Below, piece by piece: positions 11,023-21,245 of a stretch of DNA of 64,000 nt. The stretch covers positions 1 to 64,000 of IMG/VR virus record IMGVR_UViG_3300032083_003484; one strand, 5' to 3'. The DNA is from a virus. Made by a program: the position numbers and the translations under genes. The notes beneath the pieces were generated by a model that was given only the letters and a program-made list of their open reading frames with translations, searched no databases and was not told where the DNA came from. Positions within the stretch are counted from its first letter, which is position 1; each line of letters opens with the position of its first letter.

Positions 11023-12041
11023 TAGCAAGGATCTCCAGCGTCATCTCTTTCTCTGGAGAAGTCCGCATCTCGTCTTATGTCAAACGTATTCTGAATCAAA
11101 GGATCATCTAAAATCGGGTACCCAAGTGAATCTCTTGATACCTTACTAGTAAGTAGTGCCGGGTCTATTTCTTCGTCGATTTGTATGTCTAAATAAAACT
11201 CAACATCATCTGCTGTGATTGTAGAGTCTTGTGATGAGATTTCCACTTCATCTATCAAGAACCCTTCTTCATTGACTTGTTCTTGTTTGGTTTTAAAGTT
11301 TAGTTTTTTATACTCTTCTTCGTTGTTTTCGTTTGTTTCGATTTTGTAAACACTTATCTCAAAGTTGTCATAAGCCTCAACAGAGTTTAGTTCATCGACC
11401 GCCAAGAGTAGCTCGTCAACCTCAAGGAAAATGTACTTGTTGTCTTGGAGGACTGGAGAAACAACAGCTGGCTCTATTCTGGCTGGGTCAATCAGTTCTG
11501 GTGGGATTGTCATCGACGGGTCTGGCAAGCTTCTTATTTCGGGGGACAGATCCAAGTTTTGTGTAACAAGTTTTGTCTGAGGTTTGTCGTAAGCGGTTTT
11601 CGGGTTTAGATCGTTCCCAAAGACAAATGCGGAAGCAGTAGTATGGACACTTGTTAGTGTGCCATCTAAAAAACTAACACTGATTTGGGATCCGGTTACT
11701 TCGCCTATTTTTGACGTTCCTAGACCATATTTGAGTAAGTTGCTATTTTCATACAAGCGAATGTTGTCAAAAAGTTCTTGGTCGCCGTTGCCTTTATTTA
11801 GTTTGGTATCAGCGCCAACAATAGAATAAGTTGTTTTTAGATATGGTGTTTCTTTTCTTACACGATCGTCTGCTTCACCATTTGTGCTTTCTGTCAAGGC
11901 AGCATAAGCTCCATCATAAATAACGTCATCATCAAAGAAAGCATAGAAGGAAGGCCTAAACTTTCCTGATGCTAACTTCTTTTTTCCATATGAAGTTAGT
12001 TCTATGTTTATTACTTCTTGTTTTGAATCGAATAAGCTCAT
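11022..12041 (-). CDS. Virion structural protein, N-terminal paralogue of 4074..5024
   Basis: IELTSYGKKKLASG...FYAFFDDDVIY aligns with VLTDEGRRRLAEG...KFALGDDEIDY. Confidence 0.55.
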   Translation of the reverse strand: MSLFDSKQEVINIELTSYGKKKLASGKFRPSFYAFFDDDVIYDGAYAALTESTNGEADDRVRKETPYLKTTYSIVGADTKLNKGNGDQELFDNIRLYENSNLLKYGLGTSKIGEVTGSQISVSFLDGTLTSVHTTASAFVFGNDLNPKTAYDKPQTKLVTQNLDLSPEIRSLPDPSMTIPPELIDPARIEPAVVSPVLQDNKYIFLEVDELLLAVDELNSVEAYDNFEISVYKIETNENNEEEYKKLNFKTKQEQVNEEGFLIDEVEISSQDSTITADDVEFYLDIQIDEEIDPALLTSKVSRDSLGYPILDDPLIQNTFDIRRDADFSRERDDAGDPC

Positions 12042-12044
12042 TTT

Positions 12045-15000
12045 TTATTCACCGGTAAAGAAACCGCCTCCTGTCGTCCTTGATGCAGCCACCCCATCGG
12101 AGGGCCTTCCTGATGTTGCATCGTCTTCGGCTGCAGATCTTGTTGTTCGTTCTCTTGCCTCTTCTCGTCCGCTTGCGGCGGCTTCGGCGGCTCTCTCCCT
12201 TGGCGTGGTTGCTTCTGCGATCTCTACAACATTATTATCGACTGCGGCGTCAACCTTGGCCAGCTCCACAAAAGAGAAGAAGTCATAAGGCCAGTTGTAG
12301 CTGTAAGTCGGGTCAACGAATGCGCCTTGTACGTTAACTCTTTCTCTGAGGCCTTTCGCCAATGAGGAGTCTCTTACTTGTTCGTAATAGTCATAAGCAG
12401 CTCTTTGCTTGACTTTGAACACCATCCAGCGTGTGTCGGCCGGGAGGCCTTCAGGGAACCAAGAACCTGCTTCGCCATAAGCTACATTTACAATGCTTTC
12501 TTCTTTGTCAAATCCAGAAGTTAGATCTTTTTTGCCGCTTGTTGATGTTGGTGGTAAGTTCTGCCAAATGTCCGCAAGATCTTGTCTGTTGAGTTTCATA
12601 TTGAAGTCAAAAACAAACATTGCGAATGGTGACACTCCTTCGGGCCGATCTGGTCGCTCCAGGTTATAGAAGAAGTCATACTTAGGCGGTAGAACATACT
12701 CCTGTCCCTTTCTTGCTAGGCTGATATACTCATCTCTCACTGACGGTCTTTCACCGCCATTTCTAACAAAGAATCTAGCCAACTGGAACTCTGCGTAGTT
12801 TATGGGGAATAATCTTTTTTCTCCTTCGACAATCGTATACGGAATGGCGACGATAGCTTCTTTTACGGTTCTTCGGTCAGCAATTTCACCTATTTTTACA
12901 GGCTCGTTCGTAAAGCCAAGCGCTTGTGCTAGTGAGCCGGTTGTGCTTGTTATTATCGGCTCGGTGATCTGCATTTTGATACCTTGAGATCCGGTTGGAA
13001 TCCGGCCGTGTTGATGCCACATTCCAACATAATAGTTGTCGGACACAGAGGAGTTATCATAAAAGCCGGAGCCAATGGTTTCGTTAAAGCTGGTGAATCC
13101 ATTACCAGTGTTACTGTATACAACATTCTCTAGCGCACCCGGCACTCGGGCTGACATGGTAAATGCATTGGAGTTAACCGAGCAGGTAAAATTGTTGTTC
13201 AGCGTGGTTGCCTTTGAGTAGATGTCGCCGGCGCTAGAAGTTATGCATGCATGAAGGTTTTGCAAAAATTCGTTGGCGGACGAACCGGTTGCAACCCAGC
13301 CATTTGCGAAAACGTTGCCAGGCGACGGCGACGTGACGACTGTAAACGTAACGCCAATGTTGCCATCTGGCAGAGTTACCGTGTCGCCTGGACTCAATTG
13401 GTTATAGTCAACTTCAAATGTCAGCTGTGCACTTGTATTAGTGACGTTCATAGAAGATGTTCTATGGCTGAAGTCCAATACTGGCGTTTCCCACTTTGGT
13501 TGTATTGAGATTGCGTATTCTGGCGCTGATGGCACCGCACGAGAAGAATCTCCAACCCTTACTTTTCTTTTGAGTTGTATGGAGTCTGTTATTTTGGTTC
13601 GGCCGTCAATTCCAAAAGAAGTACCTTCGGCAATACCAAGATCATCATAAATTGTAAATGATTCAGTAAGGTTGCTTAGTATGTAGTCAATTGAGTGAAT
13701 CTCGGCAGTTGGTTTGAAGACTAGTTCTACACCTTCTTCCTGGGTTGTGCTTCCAATGTCATAAGGAGGCAAGAAAGGAAGATGAGAAACCGGTGTCCCA
13801 TTTGTATTATTGGCATCATCAACAGCCGGACCGAAGGAGCGATCGCCGTTGTACATATCGACACCCTCCTCAAAGACTCTAACTTTCATCCTGTATTCAT
13901 TGCCAGGGATAAAAGGCCCGAAATCATTTTCTCCGGATGATACCAAAGAAGAAACAGAGCGGTTAGCCAAAAACAGATTCATTGTTTCTGCTAAGAAGTT
14001 GTTTACAGCGTATGAGTATAATGGAGAGCCAGCACGACTTGAGTCATACGAGGCAGTGCTGTATAATACTGCTGATTCATCAGGCTCGGAATCAATAATC
14101 GTAGTGATGAAACTTAGTGGATCTGTCACCGACTCAAATGGCATTCTATAATTGAACGAGGCAGAGATTCTAGCGGAGAACCCATCATAAACTGCAGTGG
14201 AGCCATTGCCTAAATAAGTTCCGGTACACTGTGTTAGAACGTCAAAACTTGATGTGAATATTGGATATCCGACTGAGATTCCTGATTTGATACTGTTACA
14301 AAGAATACCCGGACTAAAGAATGGCGCCATGGCAGTTCTAAACGAACCACCAGCATTGACTCCATTGGTTCTTAATGGATGCCCGGTGCCGTTAGTTGTT
14401 ATGACGTCACTAAAGGACTGGCTGAATAAAGTACCTAATTGCAGAACACGCTGCGCCGGATAGAACCCTTCATAAGGTAAGAACTTTTTAATTGCTTTGC
14501 AGGAAAGCTTGAGAACGCCCTTATTTTCGATTTCGGCCGAATCGTGTTTATCTTTTATAACGCTAAAGTATTTTAGGAAGTCTGAATTTGTGTAATCAGT
14601 ATAGAAAGCATTATTTGTGTCATCGACCAAGTACCCTCCGGTGATTGAAAGCATTGGAGACAAGATAGTTGACCGGCCCTCTTCTCCAGTTAGGATCTGA
14701 TCTATTGTTTCGCTTATTCTAAATTCCGGAATGACGGAATAATCTTTTCCGGCGGCTTTTGCTTCTTGTACATAAGCATCATAATCTTCATAGTAGAAAG
14801 GCTCTTTTCCTGCTTCCTCGGGAGCGGTCCATGGCGTGGCGCCTATTATTTGATGTGGAACGAATGCCTGAACATCCGGATATCCCGATCCAGTGTAGGA
14901 GTAGATTAGATTTTGAACGTTTATTGTAAACGGTCTAGAATAAAGTGTAGATGGCTTTACCTTGGATTCCATCAATACCTGATCAGCGGTGAGCTGTTCG

Positions 15001-18000
15001 AAGGGACTTGGTGGTATATCTGGAGACCGCAGGCTGGCGCTGGAAGCGAAAGCTAGCGCTGCATAGGAGAAACTGCAGTTGTTATTTAACTCGCCGGCGC
15101 CAAAGATGTACTTATTGCTGTATTGATCTGTACTACTGGAAACAAAAGTCGTAAATAAATTTTGGGGTTGGTCAGTTGGATTCAATACGCCGTCTAAAGC
15201 CCAAATAGACTGTGTTAGAACGTTATTCCCTAGGGAGTTATCAACATCATTTCTACTTCTTGTTGCTCTTCCAGAACTCCACCAATTGATTGCAAACTGT
15301 GTTCTTTGTCGGTTTTCTTTTATAAATGTTCTTTCAGCTTTTGGCCAAATGTTTTGCTTGTATACAATATTTCTTAGTTGTGTTGAGGATCCTATGGCAT
15401 AAGAATCAGAGATATAGTTGAAGCTTGTTTTTTTCTTTCTTCGGATCTCGCTTGTGCCGGCTATGGCATTGAGTTGTGGGTCTGATAGCGGAAGATACTC
15501 AAGCTCGTTTCCGAATGAATACTGGAAGTTCGATACTTTGGTGCCGATCAGCAACTGCTGTTTCACAGGATAGTGCTCTACTATCGGCGCCATTGAGATG
15601 TTTCTGACTAACTCTATCGGATTTGACTCGCCGGGGCCGGTTTGCCGAGAATCAAGATAACTAAATGATAAAGTGTTATTTTCTCTTAGTGATCTTGCTT
15701 GTCTTGTATCCCCGCCTCTTATTTGGCTAAATGAGTTGTTCCCAAAGATAGAGTTGTTTATTGCGTGTGTATAGACGTGGAAGTTGTCTATGCCAACATT
15801 TGGAGCAGTAAGTTCGTTTGTGATTTCTGTGGTTCCCTGGTCAACCATCGAGGCATAAAGAGAAGAGGTCAATACCGCACTAGTTGGTGTTGAGGAACCA
15901 CTAAATAAACCAGTGAATGCTCTAAAGTCTATTGTGGTTCTTTCTATGGAACTAATCAACTCTGCAAACGGAATCGCTTCTGAGCTTGAGCCGCTAGCAA
16001 CTGTTGCGTTTCTGGAGTACGAGAGTGATCCGCTGGATCCATTTAAAGCGTACGCAACCCAAGAGTAGTTAGCTGGAGTTCTTGGGATCTGGTGTGACAC
16101 AAAAAAGTTGTCATAGTAAATTTTTGCTGGATATGTGTCGATAAACTCACTGATGGCATCAACTCCTCCGGCAAAACCTTCGACGTCGATGTCAGCCGGC
16201 ACACTAGTTGAAATTGCATAATTATTTGCGCCAAGGTGCGCTGGTTTAAATTCAAGTGTTATTTCGGCGCCCGATCCGAGGGCTTCCACATAGCCGCTAA
16301 GCACCGGGTGGGCGTTGATTTTAGATCTCGTGTTTGTGGCAGTGTCCCCCTTGGCCCCGCCAATTCCTATTTGTACGTTTGTCGTTGCCGTCGGCTTATA
16401 AGTGAAAGTGATAGAATTAGTCGCAGTGTACGGTATCGTTATAGTGTCATTGCCGGCCGGATTGTTAATTAACAACACGCTGCCGGAAGATGCAATTGCT
16501 GCCACAGCCGCCCTTTGCACTTCTGTTACGGCTTCTCTATAGTCTAATAGGTTTTCATAGACCTTCTGATAAGAGCCAGTCGTATCATAATCCAATTCTC
16601 TTACGGCACCAAAAATTGAATCAACGCCGAACTTTCCTCTTTTTCTAGCCAGGAGTACTCTCAACCCGTCATTTTGTGTGTGAATATTTGTGTAGATATT
16701 AACTCTTGGATCGGAGGATCCAGCGAAATCATTATTTCCGGATCCGCTTGATCTTAAGACTCCGGTGTTTCGAAATGGGTAAGCGTTATAAGGCGATAGC
16801 TCTTCGCCAGTGGGTTCAAAATAACCACGAGACTGGATCTCAGGCCCTCCAGGTGCAGAGAACCGGTTGACTATAACAGACTTAACAACGTCTCTAGAGG
16901 GTAGTGTGGCATTCAAATAAGGCGAATCCGTTCCTCTGTTCAAGTTCCAGACTTCGGTCTCGGTTAAGATGTCTGCAAAGTTGTCGTGGAACCAAAGGTT
17001 ATTTTTGGTCCTTCCGTTGGTCATAACAACTTCGTAATTAGATCTAAAGTTTCCTAGGCGTGAAGAAGCGGTTGAGTATTGCCTGTTTGCTATGTTTATA
17101 GGCCTTTTTGCTAGTTCATCACGGAACAAAGAAGCACGAGGTGTATCAGAGTCGGCTGTTCCGTCGGTGGTATAAGATGTTTTCGTGACTCTGATCTGTT
17201 TGTTTGAGCTTCCAGTAAGAGTTAGGTAGAAGCCTTCCGGACGTGTTCCAAATGCGTCTGAGCCGTTGTTTAGAGCGTTGTGGCGGTATTGCCTACCACC
17301 TACCCACCCTTCAGTAAATGGAGACTGTAGAGGGGCATTACGGAACTTTGAGTATGTATCGTCGTGTTGGTTGTTGATACCAATGCTTGTTTTAAAGTTG
17401 CTTGATAAGTTGGCTTGGTATCCTGTATCAACAGAAGAACTCCACATTGTGTATGGTGGAAGTAAGTGGCCTTTACCGTAAGAATATGACTCATTGGATT
17501 CTCTGTTATTCTGAACTTTAAAGTCCATTCTAACTTTTTTATTTGGATCCACAACATCATTGCAATCCTCAAGAGAAGCAACATCATCGGCATAGGAAAC
17601 AAGATAATCTTCAGATTCGCTGCCTACGATTGCTCCAAGTTCTTTTATTGCTGAATCCCAATAAGTTGCTTTTCTTGTGTCCTTTCCGGTATAAAAGTCA
17701 TCAACCTTATAACTTTGTGGGGTTGTATAAGATCTATTTGCAGCTGAAAGTTTGACTAGCCTTATCTGTTCTCGGCCAGCATCAACGTTAGAGTCTCCGG
17801 ATGTGATAATGGGGTTTGAGCGCTCGACTCTAAGCTTCCACCACTCACAGTTTGTATCTTGAGCTTCTGGGATTGGAGCGTGGTTCAGTCTCCAATTAAC
17901 AAGAAGGGCATCAAGACTTTCCGCTGAGTCTACCGGGTCTGGCTGGCGAAGTTCCAAAGTCGGGAACTTGGTTTGGTATTTGTTTCTTTCAAGAGCGTGC

Positions 18001-21000
18001 GATTCTATAACGTTAAATACATCTTCATTAAAGTTTGCTGTAGCAGGTATGAACTGCCCGACAAGTGCCTGGACTGCGCTGTCAATCCATTTATAGAAGT
18101 GTAGGAAGTCCTCAACATCAACGTCGTTTGCAACGTTTTTAAAGAACCTCTCTCTTAGGAATCTTAGGTTTTTATATTCTTTTTTATAACGATCTGCCGG
18201 CTGAGCAAAGTTTGATGCTAGTTCCTTGACAGAACCAAACATTTTTAGCATTTCTTCATTGATGCCTGCTTGCGCACTTTTCTCTACTGTGCTTACATAT
18301 GAAACAAAGCGTGAGTTTAGGCCGTACTTTTCGTCTTCTGTTGTCTTGATCTGAATCAAATTGTCAGAGTTGTAGCCATCAAACTCTACAGGCGAGTAAG
18401 AGTCAATAAACAAGGTCTGAACAACATCTGTCGATGATACCGGGAACTCGTATGATGTGGCTGGATAGTGATACCCGGCTATTTCATTGACGAACGTTCC
18501 TCTTGATCTTCTCTCGGATGAACCAGAGGTTGAGTCTAATACCTCAATCAATCCGGACGCATCTGTTGTGGTGATTTTGTCAAACTGCCAGTTAAGAGCA
18601 AGATAGTCAGTTGGCGCTAGATCTCCTTGTCTTACGGAACTAGTCAAAGAATAGGCATTGTCTAGCCTTGTCGAAGAACCATAGTTTAGGAAGTCTTGGG
18701 CGTGATCTTTCTGTTCGTCGGCTGTCAGGTTTCTAAGCCAAAATCTCAAGCCGGCGTTTCTAACATCTGAACTGTATACCGTTCCGGCAGTAAAGTTTGT
18801 TCGCTCTGCGCCTATGTAAGCCTTTTGGTTGGTCTGTAGGAATGAAAGTGCTGTTGCTCGACTTACTGATGAAGAAACAGCAAATGACTCATTTAGATTA
18901 TTTCCTGAGTATGAGTATCCGCTAAAGACTAGGTCATAATCAGGGGCTGACGAGGAAGGGAATAGAATGTTTTGCGGCTCCAACTGGACCGAGAAGTACC
19001 AGTCGCTGTTGTTGTATACATTATAGAAATTAGAAGATGTTAGAGCGGTGACGCCCACTACAGAAGAGCTTAGCTCAAAGTATACTTTTTCGGCAAGATA
19101 GTTATCCTTGACCGCTCTTACGAAAGCACTAGCAGAAGCCTGGGTTTTCCAAGTGTTGTATGGCGCTGACGTTTCATCAATGTCGTGAAAGCCGAAAAGA
19201 GAAGAAACTAAAAAGTTTGGTATAAGATCAGCGTTTGTATTTTCATTTATTTTTGGGAATCGAACAAAAGATTCTACACATAATGCATTTTTATCCGATG
19301 AAGAACTTATGTACCCTAGTTCGTTTGAGGTTGAGCCAGTTTGGTAAACAACGGCATCTCTAAAGTTTTTCTTGGAAAAGTCAATAAACCTTATACTTTG
19401 ATTGTTGTAAGATTTTTCGTCTTCTAATACTAGCTTTTCGCTGTCTATGTAGGTCTTGGCAGAAACTAACTCTTCACCGACCCCCATAGTGTGGAGGATG
19501 TTTCGTATTGCTTCTCTTGTGCCTTTCTGCTTTACTAGATCCGCTAAGTTGTTATAAATGTTTTGATAAATAAGGTTCTTTAGATCGAACAGATCTGATT
19601 CTAAAGCATCTCCTGATGTCTTTTGAGAAAGATCTTCTAATACTGTTCTCTCGACAAAGAAGTCGGGTGCTATCATTCCTCTTTCGGTCAAGAGGCGTTC
19701 CGCAAAAGGATTTGGCTTATCGTCTAGTGCGTCAGTTTGTGAAGAGTATTCTATGTCCTTTAGTTCTCTAAGAGACTGAACTTGTAGTTGAGCCGTGTCA
19801 AAATAACTTGCAGCTGCTTGTGCTAGTTGGAGCAGTTTCTCTCCACTTTCTAAGTCTTCATCAATAATCCAATCAGGGAATGAATAGTAAATGTTTGATG
19901 AGTTATTTAGATCGTGGCGCTTTCCTTTCTCTAGGGAATCATTATAATAAGTGGTATAAAGAGCGTTTGTGGTTCTTAGGATTGGATCTTTAAACTCTTT
20001 CTCGGCGGCAGAGGCTGAAACAATCGCTGAACCTATGTTGCGTGAGTTGGAGGTGTAACCGGTCCAAGAGCCATTAGAAATACGCCCTGAATAGTCTAGG
20101 ACAGTTGCGTCTGTTGTGGTGTCCCCTGTTATTCCTTCGTTAAACTTAAAATAAACGCCCAGATCTGTGTTTGCATCGTCTGTGTTGGTGCCTCCATAGA
20201 CGTTTGTATACCAGTTTCTTTCTATGTCTCGCTCAGTTCTGGTAGTTTTCCAGTATCTAAACTCGTCAATTGAGCCTGATAGCTTGCCAGAGCCGGTTGT
20301 TGCGGTAGATCCAGAAGGGTTTGTTATAAGTGCGCCAACAAAAGCGTTTAGTGTACCAGAAACATTTCCAAAGTCTGTTCCATAGGCCGCAGAGGAGTCT
20401 AATTCACCGTTCTTATAGAGCTTTATGGTGCTTTTTGATGTTGCAAAAGCAAAGTGGGTCCATTCTTGAGAGATAAACGAGGCGGTTGTTGTATAATCCC
20501 CAAGTAGAACCTCTTGTCTATTGGATCCAGAGTGTATAATGGCCCTGAAGGCCTTAGATGAAGCAAAATTGCCGGCACTTGAGGTGTTTAGTTCGATTCT
20601 AAACCGACCATAATCACCAGAGCTGCTTAGTTCGTTGTTCCAAAGGTCAAACACAACCTCTCGGGCTGTTGACCCAGGAACAAACTCGTCTTTTTTGAGC
20701 CAGAACTCAACCGTGGCGCCTTTTGTGTCTAGGTTTAGCGCTAAGTTTGAGTTTCTTTGTTTAGACGGGTCATATATGTTGCCGCCGGCGTATGTGTTAC
20801 CGGGACCTGCGTTTGGGCCGCCCTTGATAGAAATGTATTCCAAGGTTGCCGGAAGGCCATATCCATCCACTGTTGATGTTTGTGTTCCCCAACCATTTGC
20901 TGCGAAGATACCATAGCCATTAGACCTGGGATATTCATTCTCAAAGACATATAAGTCAAAGTAAGTTGAGTCATTATACCATTCGGTCAACTCTTTTTTA

Positions 21001-21245
21001 GAGCCATCATAAGGATAGTTGTTGATAACTCTTGACGTAGCATCTTTATAATACTGTTCGGCAAGACCGTAAAAAGCAAAGTTTTCCGGCTTAGAAAAGT
21101 CAACGTTGGGGATAAACCTTGTTCTTTGCTTTTCTAACTCATCAAGATACTCAAACGACTCAAAGTCTATTCCTTCCTTGTTTTCTAGGTCGGTTAATGA
21201 GTTATTCGAAAAAGAATTGTTTTCAAAATACTTTTTTATTGTCAT
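12045..21245 (-). CDS. Giant baseplate wedge-like protein (gp7/gpI-like motif) with LamG/concanavalin-like domains
   Basis: 3066 aa; LamG pattern TVEFWLK...WTHFAF...LYKNG...GSIDEFRYW; wedge motif KQKGTREAIRNIL; follows gp6. Confidence 0.65.
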   Translation of the reverse strand: MTIKKYFENNSFSNNSLTDLENKEGIDFESFEYLDELEKQRTRFIPNVDFSKPENFAFYGLAEQYYKDATSRVINNYPYDGSKKELTEWYNDSTYFDLYVFENEYPRSNGYGIFAANGWGTQTSTVDGYGLPATLEYISIKGGPNAGPGNTYAGGNIYDPSKQRNSNLALNLDTKGATVEFWLKKDEFVPGSTAREVVFDLWNNELSSSGDYGRFRIELNTSSAGNFASSKAFRAIIHSGSNRQEVLLGDYTTTASFISQEWTHFAFATSKSTIKLYKNGELDSSAAYGTDFGNVSGTLNAFVGALITNPSGSTATTGSGKLSGSIDEFRYWKTTRTERDIERNWYTNVYGGTNTDDANTDLGVYFKFNEGITGDTTTDATVLDYSGRISNGSWTGYTSNSRNIGSAIVSASAAEKEFKDPILRTTNALYTTYYNDSLEKGKRHDLNNSSNIYYSFPDWIIDEDLESGEKLLQLAQAAASYFDTAQLQVQSLRELKDIEYSSQTDALDDKPNPFAERLLTERGMIAPDFFVERTVLEDLSQKTSGDALESDLFDLKNLIYQNIYNNLADLVKQKGTREAIRNILHTMGVGEELVSAKTYIDSEKLVLEDEKSYNNQSIRFIDFSKKNFRDAVVYQTGSTSNELGYISSSSDKNALCVESFVRFPKINENTNADLIPNFLVSSLFGFHDIDETSAPYNTWKTQASASAFVRAVKDNYLAEKVYFELSSSVVGVTALTSSNFYNVYNNSDWYFSVQLEPQNILFPSSSAPDYDLVFSGYSYSGNNLNESFAVSSSVSRATALSFLQTNQKAYIGAERTNFTAGTVYSSDVRNAGLRFWLRNLTADEQKDHAQDFLNYGSSTRLDNAYSLTSSVRQGDLAPTDYLALNWQFDKITTTDASGLIEVLDSTSGSSERRSRGTFVNEIAGYHYPATSYEFPVSSTDVVQTLFIDSYSPVEFDGYNSDNLIQIKTTEDEKYGLNSRFVSYVSTVEKSAQAGINEEMLKMFGSVKELASNFAQPADRYKKEYKNLRFLRERFFKNVANDVDVEDFLHFYKWIDSAVQALVGQFIPATANFNEDVFNVIESHALERNKYQTKFPTLELRQPDPVDSAESLDALLVNWRLNHAPIPEAQDTNCEWWKLRVERSNPIITSGDSNVDAGREQIRLVKLSAANRSYTTPQSYKVDDFYTGKDTRKATYWDSAIKELGAIVGSESEDYLVSYADDVASLEDCNDVVDPNKKVRMDFKVQNNRESNESYSYGKGHLLPPYTMWSSSVDTGYQANLSSNFKTSIGINNQHDDTYSKFRNAPLQSPFTEGWVGGRQYRHNALNNGSDAFGTRPEGFYLTLTGSSNKQIRVTKTSYTTDGTADSDTPRASLFRDELAKRPINIANRQYSTASSRLGNFRSNYEVVMTNGRTKNNLWFHDNFADILTETEVWNLNRGTDSPYLNATLPSRDVVKSVIVNRFSAPGGPEIQSRGYFEPTGEELSPYNAYPFRNTGVLRSSGSGNNDFAGSSDPRVNIYTNIHTQNDGLRVLLARKRGKFGVDSIFGAVRELDYDTTGSYQKVYENLLDYREAVTEVQRAAVAAIASSGSVLLINNPAGNDTITIPYTATNSITFTYKPTATTNVQIGIGGAKGDTATNTRSKINAHPVLSGYVEALGSGAEITLEFKPAHLGANNYAISTSVPADIDVEGFAGGVDAISEFIDTYPAKIYYDNFFVSHQIPRTPANYSWVAYALNGSSGSLSYSRNATVASGSSSEAIPFAELISSIERTTIDFRAFTGLFSGSSTPTSAVLTSSLYASMVDQGTTEITNELTAPNVGIDNFHVYTHAINNSIFGNNSFSQIRGGDTRQARSLRENNTLSFSYLDSRQTGPGESNPIELVRNISMAPIVEHYPVKQQLLIGTKVSNFQYSFGNELEYLPLSDPQLNAIAGTSEIRRKKKTSFNYISDSYAIGSSTQLRNIVYKQNIWPKAERTFIKENRQRTQFAINWWSSGRATRSRNDVDNSLGNNVLTQSIWALDGVLNPTDQPQNLFTTFVSSSTDQYSNKYIFGAGELNNNCSFSYAALAFASSASLRSPDIPPSPFEQLTADQVLMESKVKPSTLYSRPFTINVQNLIYSYTGSGYPDVQAFVPHQIIGATPWTAPEEAGKEPFYYEDYDAYVQEAKAAGKDYSVIPEFRISETIDQILTGEEGRSTILSPMLSITGGYLVDDTNNAFYTDYTNSDFLKYFSVIKDKHDSAEIENKGVLKLSCKAIKKFLPYEGFYPAQRVLQLGTLFSQSFSDVITTNGTGHPLRTNGVNAGGSFRTAMAPFFSPGILCNSIKSGISVGYPIFTSSFDVLTQCTGTYLGNGSTAVYDGFSARISASFNYRMPFESVTDPLSFITTIIDSEPDESAVLYSTASYDSSRAGSPLYSYAVNNFLAETMNLFLANRSVSSLVSSGENDFGPFIPGNEYRMKVRVFEEGVDMYNGDRSFGPAVDDANNTNGTPVSHLPFLPPYDIGSTTQEEGVELVFKPTAEIHSIDYILSNLTESFTIYDDLGIAEGTSFGIDGRTKITDSIQLKRKVRVGDSSRAVPSAPEYAISIQPKWETPVLDFSHRTSSMNVTNTSAQLTFEVDYNQLSPGDTVTLPDGNIGVTFTVVTSPSPGNVFANGWVATGSSANEFLQNLHACITSSAGDIYSKATTLNNNFTCSVNSNAFTMSARVPGALENVVYSNTGNGFTSFNETIGSGFYDNSSVSDNYYVGMWHQHGRIPTGSQGIKMQITEPIITSTTGSLAQALGFTNEPVKIGEIADRRTVKEAIVAIPYTIVEGEKRLFPINYAEFQLARFFVRNGGERPSVRDEYISLARKGQEYVLPPKYDFFYNLERPDRPEGVSPFAMFVFDFNMKLNRQDLADIWQNLPPTSTSGKKDLTSGFDKEESIVNVAYGEAGSWFPEGLPADTRWMVFKVKQRAAYDYYEQVRDSSLAKGLRERVNVQGAFVDPTYSYNWPYDFFSFVELAKVDAAVDNNVVEIAEATTPRERAAEAAASGREEARERTTRSAAEDDATSGRPSDGVAASRTTGGGFFTGE

